From: Aplysia californica
Taxonomy: Eukaryota
Length of the DNA: 64,000 nucleotides
Direction: 5' to 3'
NCBI RefSeq assembly: GCF_000002075.1
Contig: NW_004797274.1
Location: 2,591,473-2,655,472 of the forward strand
Under the pieces are notes generated by a model, which was given only the letters and a program-made list of their open reading frames with translations, had not been told where the DNA came from and did not search any database. The position numbers and the translations under genes were made by a program. Shown here piece after piece: positions 38,845 to 49,700 of the stretch. Position 1 is the stretch's first letter. Each line of letters opens with the position of its first letter.

Positions 38845-39030
38845 ATATTAGTAATATTAATAATAACAATAATTAATAATTTTAAAAAATAATAGATAGC
38901 ATTTGTATAGCGCAAATCCCCGCCCAATAGTAAACTCTATACGCTTCACAATCTATACTACTACCCCAGCAGACCTGAGAGCATTCTGAAACAACTTCAA
39001 CTTCCTAGTAAACAAACAGTGCAAGCTGCC
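38845..39030 (-). mobile_element. Truncated SINE (L2-type tail), same family as 10689-11170
   Basis: Reverse complement of ...gcttgcactg...gtgaagcgtatagag...tgcgctatacaaatgcta. Confidence 0.7.
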
Positions 39031-39554
39031 TTTTATAGACGCTAAAATACTAAAAAAAACTGGACTCTGTTGGCGGGGTGGGAAAGGGGAGGAGGGGAGA
39101 GTTAGAGGAGACAGACATATACATGTTAACTTTTGATCGCCTTTGGCCTTGCTGAAAGAGGGGGAGGGGAGATGCAAACATTGCTGGCGAACTGGAATCA
39201 GCGGCAGAAGATATTTCGGAGACGTCTCCGGCGAGCACCCAGGAACTATTCGGAGACGTACTCCCGCACACAGATGCACTGCTTTGGCGGGTCATACTGC
39301 GTATCGTTTGCTGCAGATCCCACATATAGCCACAAAAACTATCTCAAGTCAATTATTTTCTTGAAAATTTCAAACCTAACGGCAAAATATCAAATTATGG
39401 GTTAAAACACCCACCAATTTTTTTTACTTGGTCTATAGGTCCAAAGCATTTTGATTGGTCTATCTCTGTCGGAGACGTTTCCGAATAGATACTGCGAGGA
39501 TCAGCAGAGTGAAAAGGGACCAGCGTAAAGACGGACAATCTGTCTGACTCTGAC

Positions 39555-39649
39555 CTGATTCCGTTCTGCCTGGCTTGGTCAGCAGCGATGGTGGTGCTGG
39601 TGGGGTCATTGCTACGTCCATCCGTGATGACCACAGCGATGTGGGGAAC
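39555..39649 (-). other. Isolated von Willebrand factor A (VWA) domain exon
   Basis: catcag| 95 nt |gtcaga; VPHIAVVITDGRSNDPTSTTIAADQARQNGI matches the VWA beta4-TDG-alpha segment; no partner exons found in the window. Confidence 0.7.
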
Positions 39650-40046
39650 CTGATGGTCAGGACAATTAATACCGGAGAGTTGCAGAAAATGAAAAATAAA
39701 TTACACTTTTATTTGTCCCAGAAGGGCACTTTGNNNNNNNNNNNNNNNNNNNNNNNNNNNNNNNNNNNNNNNNNNNNNNNNNNNNNNNNNNNNNNNNNNN
39801 NNNNNNNNNNNNNNNNNNNNNNNNNNNNNNNNNNNNNNNNNNNNNNNNNNNNNNNNNNNNNNNNNNNNNNNNNNNNNNNNNNNNNNNNNNNNNNNNNNNN
39901 NNNNNNNNNNNNNNNNNNNNNNNNNNNNNNNNNNNNNNNNNNNNNNNNNNNNNNNNNNNNNNGGGAGAGAATTATGATATCAATGAAAGATAATGTAAAA
40001 GCCAGATGAAGCACTAGGGGCAATGTGTCTTCACGATCTCCAATCC

Positions 40047-40720
40047 TCACGTGGAGGCAGCCTGTGAGTTCTGAGTCGCAGCCGTGCCGTCTGTGTAAAG
40101 AGTCAAGACCTGTCCCGCATCGGAGAGCAGAGAAGCACGGTGTATACTGGCCCCTGCCATGTTGTTGTTGCCCAGGGCAACCCCCTGGCCACTGGTGCTG
40201 CCTGTGCCACTGCTGACCAGCCGGACCTCCCCACCATTGCTGGTGGCGGTCACAATGTTGCCGTTGCTGCTGCCATTGGCAATCCCATCCCCTACACTGA
40301 TGGTGGCCGCCTCTGTCGCCGAAGCGGCAAGCGCCACCTGCTGGCTCGACTCGAGGATCACAGGCACGCTGGGCGGCTGGTTGGGGGCACTGGGGTCGTG
40401 CAGCGCTGGCACCCCAACCCCCCCCGAGATCCCCGCCACGGCCGCAGCTCCAGTCTGACCTGTCATCTGCAGGTTGTACTCAGCCGTCTCCATCCGTAGG
40501 ATGTACGGGATGATGTTGTCAATCTGAACCGATCCCGTCAGCGCAGAAAAGAAGAGCTCTTCCATGACGGCTGGTACAAAAGTTTTTAGAGGTATGAGGC
40601 GGAGCAGCAGCTGAGAGACACGCTCAGAGCTCCCTGGCGATGAACAAGCCTGTAGCAGCTCGCGGCGAGAACGTTCCTGTAGTCTGCTGATCACACGCTT
40701 GTCCCGGATGTTGGGGTTGT
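40047..40720 (-). CDS. NR2C: NR2C last coding exon (LBD end + ~141-aa C-terminal extension)
   Basis: tgtcag|; [31 protein letters not shown] then a Gly/Ala/Ser-rich tail to TGA at 40049-40047. Confidence 0.92.
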
Positions 40721-43700
40721 CTGACACAGGAAAGACACAAAAAGGAAAGTCAACTTCAAGAAGTCAATGACAAAGCAGTTAGCTCCAATAAGTCAAAGAC
40801 AGATAAAGGTAAGTTAGACCTGCATGTGAGCCTCAACCATATTGTCTGAAAATTTTGCGCAACCCCCCCCCCCCCTTTTGTGGGTGTCATAAGGAAGGAC
40901 TTCCGAGTAACGAGCGACCACCCCAACAAACACAATAAAGATGAGACCTAACCCTAACCCAAAAAAGAACCCGCAAGAGGCCTCATGTAAAAAGGCCAGC
41001 AAAAGTCCAAAATGAGAAAAAAACAACAAAAAAAACCACACTCCAAAACAAACAAGGAGCATAAATATGGCCTACATCTACATTGCTATAATAGGGTTTG
41101 ATACAATAACACAATAGAATTGGAATATGAATCCTCCATATAGAACTAGTAATCTAAATAAATCTAGATCTAGAACAAGTGAATAGGAATAGGCCTTGAA
41201 CTAGAAATCCGCATCCGATTCCGAACAGAGGGACTCAGCTGAGTCTAGATCTAGATCTAGACACTAGATTCTAGCCTAAATAAATAAATATTCACGCACC
41301 TGATGAAATGCTTTTTACCAACATTAATATTACAGGACAACCTATGATAGGGTTTGACACAATAGAATTGGAATACGAATCCTCCATTGAGGTCTATAAT
41401 GATCTATAAATCTAGATCTAGATTCTATTAGAACAAGTGAGTCGGACTTAATCCACACGATCTGAACAATTGAATAAGTCAACAAATGAAATTCAAAATG
41501 GCTGCTCGAGCACGAAACTGAAAGTAGATAATTTAGGTCGTCGTCCTTTTTCGTATTCGCATTTCTACTCAGGTTCCGACAATTATGTCGGAAACACCGA
41601 CGTCAGCAGTCGGCACGAAAACGAAAGTGCCGACAAAGCCGACGGGAGAAAAAGGGGGCGCTGGCAGTCAGCCAGGCCTCGCACTACACACATTGACTGA
41701 TACAGGTGGGCCTAGCCTAGCGATAGCATCGGCCGGCTTGTCGGATTTCAGACGATTGTCGGCAAACATGCAGGTCTAGGTAAGTCAACTCCAAAAACTC
41801 TTAGATGTACAAAGGAAAGTAGGCAGTCCCAACAAGTCAAAGACAGATAAAGTAAGACAGTTTCAATAAGTCAAAGACACTGAGATAAGTAAGCTCCAAA
41901 AAATCAAAGACATAAGTTTGATCAGTGGTTAGCAAGCGACAACACCAACATCTTTCATGTATACAAATCTGCAAGTACGAGCATGTATGAGTGGGAATGT
42001 GAAAGTACATGTGAGGAAGAGAATGTTCGAGTATATGTATATACATATTATTTTTTATATGAGAGGGTAACAGTGGTCATGTACATGAGTGTGTGCATGT
42101 TAAAATGTCAATGTACGCATCGCATTACACTGTTTCGAGAGTGATGGATGGTGGAGTCTTACACTTGAGCAGTGGATGTGTGCACACCCTGTGTGTCTGT
42201 GGAGTCAAGCTACACTCACCAGGAGCAAATAGCACCAAAGTCTTGAGATAGGCAAACTCTGCTGAGGTGATGTTGAGACTCTGTATGTGAGTGACGTAAT
42301 CCTGGAGCCGGATGATGTGCTCAATCACGCTCTTCACCTTCTCCTGATTACTGTGGTCTGAGGGATCACGTGGGAAAAAAAGGGGTTATTTCTGGCTGGG
42401 AAAATCTGAAGGAGTGGGGGGTTGTCTAAAAGTGGGGTTGCTCCTCTCATTGATATAGCTACATGGTTTGATGCATATGTAGCACGAGAGTATCCTGGAC
42501 TTGAGAGAGAGAGACATAAATTAATATAAAAATAAAAATAATAAATGACATTTATATAGCGCTCAACTCTGATTAAAGTAGACAGGCTCTGAGCGCTTTA
42601 CAATACAATACAATGTACAACAGTAACATAAAACGTTGTGTTTTAACTGAAAGAAAATACCTCCAAATATTCATCTTATTACTTTAAAAACAGCAGTGAC
42701 TTCAGCTGACCTTTGAATGAATCAAAAGATTTGATCTCTCTTAGTCTACTTAGAGCACTCGGCAAAACATTATACAGCACAATAAAAGATCATTACCTGG
42801 TCTCCATTTTCGGCCGGATCATACATCTAAAACTTATAAACACAGGTTTTTTTACAGTTTTATTTCTTGAAAGAGCATTGAATTAAAACATACATTACGT
42901 ATCCAAAAATCAAGAAAAGTGGATGATAAATAAGTGAGTGATGATTTTTCAACAGCCCTCTACTTTAGCTGAGTTCTTGAAACTCCTGGGTTGCCCAGAC
43001 CATCCCCCTCAGTGAGGTAACCCAGTAGGAAGAAAAAAAAATTTTTTTTTAAAGTTCATGTGCTTCATTTTTCAAATGTCCCAAAAGTAAAAATGAAAGT
43101 AGGCCCGCCGCAAAGACAGGGAGAGAGATCAAGTCCCTTAATTTGTCTGTTTTAAAAGTAACAACATATAGGAAGCTCATTCTAGGTGCACTTACCTCCT
43201 CGCTGCAGACTGGCCTGTAGATGATTCAAGATAGCGGCCAACATGGTGGGCAGACACATGGTAGCGGAGCACTGAGCCAGGCCAAGCGTAAACAGCTCAC
43301 TCCAACATGACCGCACTAGCGTTGTCTGGAGGTCCGGTCTGACCACAACAACATTCAAAAGAACAATTAAGGCAAACAGCACATATGTAACAAAATATTT
43401 AATCAAAGAAGCAGCTGCCCCCCCCCCCCTAAAAAAAAAAAACAACAACAAAAAAACCCCAAAAAATTCATGATAAGAACTTGTCTTTGTTTTCAATAAA
43501 AAATGTATTCTCAAACCAATTATGCAATTAAAAAAAACAACAAACAAACAAAAAAAACCCACTTAAAAACAAACAAATAAACAGCTTATAAACTGTTATA
43601 ACTTATGGCTTGATCCAGTCAATAAGAGTAGTCATTTTTGCTTGTCAAAAAATCCTAAACTTTACTTGGAAACTATTCAGATTAAAAAATCCACATCTGC

Positions 43701-46700
43701 AGTAACAAAAAAAAATTAGGGTCAAGCCATTGCATCCATGGAGTTTAAAGTGACATCGCGAGAGACAGAAGAATAACTGACGCACATAATTCATTTCCAA
43801 ATATAAACAAATACAACAGGACAAAATGTGACATCGCTTACATGGAACCCTAAGTAGTTTAGTCTTAGTAAGTGTTTTACGGCACTTGCAACACTATAAG
43901 GTCATATAAGTGCCGAAGATTAGAGGTGTGACAAGAGAGTAACAAACACAAAAAAGAAGGAGGGGAGATAAAGACGATAGATGTTTGATAGGAAAAAAGA
44001 AGCAAACCACACCAGAGCACCCATCAACCACCCACACATGGAACCCTAAAAAAAAGACAAATGAGGTAGAGACAGAAAATGCTTCATGCATAAGGAAGAT
44101 CAGTAAAAGGGCAATAAACAAACAAACACAAAAACAAACTAATTTCTTACCCAAGGTCTTGGAAAGCAGAGACAGATCTAGTCCAGTGCATGGACAGGAA
44201 GAGTAGTCGAGAGGCACTCTCACAGATGTAGTGAATGTTCAGATATGTCGGCATGGGGGACGGGGTGGTCAGGGTGAAGGCAAAGTTTGCCTCCGTAAGT
44301 ATTGGACCTGAAACAGCAACAGGGACATTTGTATTTTAAAAATGTATTTTGATTATTGTCTTTGAAATATAATGTTAAGTATGTCAGCACACAAAAAAGT
44401 CTCTCATTTTAATATAGTGTAAAGCGCATAGAGCTTGCTGTAAATGGGGATATGCGCTAAACAAATGCTATTTATTGTTATTATTATTTTGCTGGGAATG
44501 GAACAGTACAATATTAAAAATGAAAAGAAGTAAAAGAAGCACTTCTTTCTTAAGCCATCACATCTGCTCCATAAAATGAGGTCAAGAACAAAATGTATTC
44601 AAAGAATAAAGGCCATGAAATTGCCTTGGGGCACATCAACCTTAAACTCTTTGTCACAAATTCCCACTCACAGTAGTTCTCAGTGAAAAGCAGACAGTCC
44701 ATTGGGAAAGAACAAAAGAGCAGTTTCTAGGAACAAATTGACCCACCAATGGGTCTGCAGGACTGTTTGGAAAGATAGTATGGTCATAAAATTTAAGAAC
44801 AACTTCTGGAAAAGCAGACAAGAAAGCCTCAACACTGGCATTAGAAATGTGAAGGAAAAGTAGAAACTATAATGTAACCTGGTTGGTTAACTTAGACAGA
44901 CATTGCCGCTCATTCACCAGTGTCATTGACTTCCCAAACGAAAACCCCTGTCTTCTAACAGACACTTACCTTGAGTTTCAACTAACAAAGAGTTTTCGCC
45001 ATCGCTATTTGCAGACTGGTCAAAGCTTGCTTCTGACAGACCACTTTGATCTAAGACTGTCGAGTTTTGCTGAGAAAAAGAAGAAGCAATATGTTAGATC
45101 TAACATTTAATCTGTTGAGTGAGGAAAAACTAAGTAATGATAGGTCTATCAAGCCCCAAGCCTTCAACACTTCAGAAACTACAACATGGCCATGGAGGTG
45201 CAGATGGGTTTGCAATGGATTTTTTTCAGCTTTTTTGTTTATGTATCACAAGAGACTGTGAGCAGCAGTGAAGTAGCGTGTAACTTGAAAGCATCCGACA
45301 GGGAGACTCGTCATCAGTGTTCAAATGCCAGCTCGCAGCAACAAAAAAAAAATTACAAGCTCAATCAGCTCTGATATATGTAAAGAGAGCATTCAACACC
45401 AGAATTGCTGATATAAAATAAGATTTCCACACCTTTATGGTCTGATCAATTTACCCCCCCCCCCCCACACACACACACACCCACACCCCACCTTCCTTTC
45501 ATAAACAAAACCCGACAAACAGGTGAGACAACTGACTTTGCATTACTATACCTGGCTCTGAGGACTCTGCACAGCTTTAGCCAGATTGTCAAAAGCTCTG
45601 GCCGCAGCGTCAGGCGTGTTGCGGTTTGCATCTCCATTATTCTGGAGGGGCGAGGCTGTCTGGCCAGCGGACAGCTCTTCCAGGTTCACCTCTTCTTTGC
45701 CCATGGTGGCTAATGTGGTCACCACGCTGGCCAATGTTGACAAATCTGAGGAATGGCAACATATACATATACACCATCCTTACCATACACGGGTTTTGCA
45801 AAAAAATGATGCTTGTTTTAGTAAGAGTTTTACAGCACTTGCAACAAAATTAGGTAATATAAGTGTCAAAGTTAAGAGGTGTTACGAGAGAGTAACAAAC
45901 ACAAAAAAGGAGAGAAAAGGACGATAGATGTTTGATAGGAAAAATTGAGGTAACCACACCAGAGCCTCCACCAACCACCCACATGGGTTTTGCAATACAA
46001 TAACATGCTGGGGAGAATGTAAAGATACTAGCTGTGTTTAGCACAGAAGGACAACAGGCAGGAGAGGCAACACTGTCAAGGACACACCCACACAATCTCA
46101 CTAATCCGCAGCTTCATGTGGGCAATAAATATACTTTTTTTCCAAACACCAGACTCCATATTCTATGGGCAAAGACCAAACGTTACCTTCCTCAATTCTC
46201 CAAAAGAAATTTTCGTTTTCGCAAGAGTTCAACGGCACTTGGAACCCAATAAGGTCATATAAGTGCCAAAGATTAGAGATGTTACAAGAAGGGAGAAACA
46301 AAGACAAAAGAGGAGAGATAAGGACTATAGATGTTTGATAGGAAAAAAGGAGCAAACCACACCAGAGCACCCTCCAACCAGCCACCAAAAGAAATTATCA
46401 CAATAGAAGAGCAGCAAATGACAAACACACTGCACAACCTGCCACTCAACATGATGTGCTCCGAAGAGACAGTTATGTGGACTCTTGATAGATGCAACTA
46501 CTCATCAAAACCACACATGTGATTGAACAACACCAGGCTCAGAATGTACCAGGAAAAAAAAAAATCAACAAACTCCAAGAAAAAAAAATTCAATAGACGG
46601 TTCAAAGTCTGCAACCCAAAGGACACTATATCAGGCCCTCAGAAGAATACCATGGACTTCCTCTCTCCCAAACCAAGGTCAGGAGTTTAAAAACGAGGCA

Positions 46701-49700
46701 CAATGAAAATCTAAACTACAATTACTTAGAACGGAAACATGACCCATCCACAATGTACAGAAAAAAACAAACATGGAGGAATCACACACATACAGATAGG
46801 GGGAAAGGAGAAGGAGGAAACAAGCCATCGATATCCCAAAGATACCACAGACAGACACATTTGATTCTTTGGCCCTATGCTATGACACAGCGGGGGAAAC
46901 TCACAGCCCACACAAGCAGCATCAAGAAGTTCTCACACAAAACCTGAACCAACCATTAGCTTATGGTAACAAACTGCACTTTGAGCAGTTGCTGATCTGG
47001 TTCAAGAGCTATGGTACTGAATAATTTATTCTTTACATATACACAGCAATGGCATGAAGTAAATAATTAGAAAAAAAGAAGCAGAAGAGTGAAAAAAAAT
47101 TATAACGTGTTATATTGCTTGTACAATAAATATACTTGCACAAAAGAGCAAGATTATAATGTGTATATATATATATATATATATATATGTATGAGTGTGT
47201 GTGTTTGTGGCAGCAACAGACAAGCGTTCCGCATATTTACGTGAGTCCCTCAGGTTATACGAAAACAGAAAAGCAGAGTATGAGGTCCTGGACAAAAGTC
47301 ACCAGCTGCTCATGAGTAACTGACACAGGAGGCAATTTCACTGTGTCCCGACAAATTTTCAGTTGGTGTTTACGGGGAATTGTCCACAGTATTTTCATCA
47401 TTTGACAGGGGATGGGAGAACAACGGTTGTTAGCACCAAACCTGGCATGCAATAATATCAATCTATGTACTCTAGGAATGATCAGCACTCCAAGCTGATA
47501 TGGCAAATGCAAACAAAACAGTCCTCTTCTATAGAGCATTCAACTGTTTTTTTGTTTTGTTTTTACAGTTATGTTATTGTCTTTGGTTGAACATTCTTTT
47601 AGGCCTGGTAAACTTACTATATATGTTATCTAAGTAACATACAGAATATTTGCTACCTGCAAACACTACATATTGTCATGGACAAAAGGAAAACGAGAAA
47701 CTCAGTATGACACTCCTTTACAATGAGAGTAACAACGTTGAAATGATTTATTCCTCTCTTGACACAGAGACAACATAACTCTGTAAAATAGTTTGAGTTT
47801 CTGTCACTATTTATACTGAGCCTTCCAATAAGACTAAATCTGACTCATAATTTCTGTTCCTTCATTGCAAGAATGACAGTTATCAAGGACCACATGCACA
47901 ATGACATTAACAGTGACTAAATCAGTACATACGTCATGGATTTATGACCCCATGAACAATAAAAATTAGAAGTAAGGTCAGAGTGTGTCTCATGAGATTT
48001 ACCTTCTGTGTTGTTAACTGTGCACACTACATCCGCCAGAGTGCTCAGATCTGATCAGAGGACAAAGTAGCAAAAACAAAAGGGAATTCCCACAAGAAAA
48101 GCAAATGAAAACCAATATATTGAAAGCAGTGAGCACATTGTGCAAATCAATCAAAATCAAACAGTGGGCAGTGGCACAACAAGTGATATATATATATATA
48201 TATATAATATGGAACACAGCACCACGTTCTGACATTTGACCATGAATTGCAAAATGCGTTCACCTCATAAGCGAGCGTATGATTAAGAAAGTGAAAATAA
48301 AGGGATGCAATGACTAACACAGTTGCAACACAAGTTAGCAAATGCAGAGTCATCTTTAACAAAGCATATCACTTCTAAAAAGCACAGTTATCAGACTACA
48401 GTCTGAACTAAGTTTTTAAAAATCATTTTGTTTTCTAATTGTAATGATACTCTTTCTTCACTTCCATCAGTGATGAATTGATTAGAATACATATATGCAG
48501 ATTTTTGCATGAAAGGTTATACATAAAAATGGATCTGTTAAATAAAAAAATGGCAACAATCTAAAGTCGTGTACTTATAGCTCAAAGTAAAGTATAAAGA
48601 TACCAAGATGTGCTTCGAACATTAAAGTTAGGTAACAAAAAAAAAAAGGCTATGAAATAACAAAGCAAGGCTTTTTTTTGTTGCAATTTTGAAGCCAACA
48701 GTTTACTTCAAATTCTATTGCTCTGTTGTTCTGTTATCAAGTGGAAAAATAAAATTTGAAGAAAAACAATCCTCGAGAAGAAGATAAACAAGTATTATAC
48801 GACAGGCAATGAGTCACGCATCACAGTTCCCACTGTATTTGACATGAATGAAACTGATGTCAGTTAAATAATGTAACAGCGCACAGGTTTTCTAATGTCC
48901 CAAATATCAACTGAGTATTTCACTTCAGGAACTTACAGTGGAAAGAGACCACATAAATTATTGCTGTCTGCTCCTACACTGAATGTCATTCCATAATTTC
49001 CTCCAGAATTCAGATCTGTGACTTGTACTGACTTTACATCTACATGAATGGATGAAATCTGTTAATGAAAATAGCTCTACAGAAAGCTCAGAGGACTACA
49101 CTGTCAAAGAAAAAACAGTTCAGCGTCTCAAGAAGACTAAGTGTAAGACATCCAGAGGACGTCACCTTTTTTTAACCAAGGAACAAAATGCGCTATTTGC
49201 AATACCAACTGATAAAAAAACCCCCAAAAAACGACGTATTGATCCACACCACATGGATTCAATAAAGGAAGAAAATCCTCACAAACATGACCATTTTGAG
49301 ACAAGAAAATTGCTGATGAGTGCACGATAGAGTAAAATTTGAAGCAAAGAAAATTTGGCAATATGTGGTAGTTCATTATTATAAGAATACTTCCTGTAAT
49401 TAATCATTAATAAGTAGTATACACTTTCTATTCACCATTCCTACTAGACAAGAAAGTGAAACCAATAGCTCAGTAAGCCATCCATTACGAGAAAAACTTT
49501 GGTCAAAAACCTTGACACTTGTTAAGTGTTACAATTCTTTTTTCTACTTCATAAGTACCAGCTTTGAACGATTTCATGAAGAGCCAAAACAGACTTCTTA
49601 CACTGTGAAGAAAGGTAATTTTTTTGGTAAGTGTTTTACAGCGCTCACAACTGTATATGGCCATATAAGCATGCAGGACACATTAAACATTTTCAGTTGT

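Noticed and set aside
43985-44206. Recurrent small ORFs ([11 protein letters not shown]..., WLAGALxWFAPSFLS...)
   Set aside because: Translations of the short retroposon; frames are not preserved between copies
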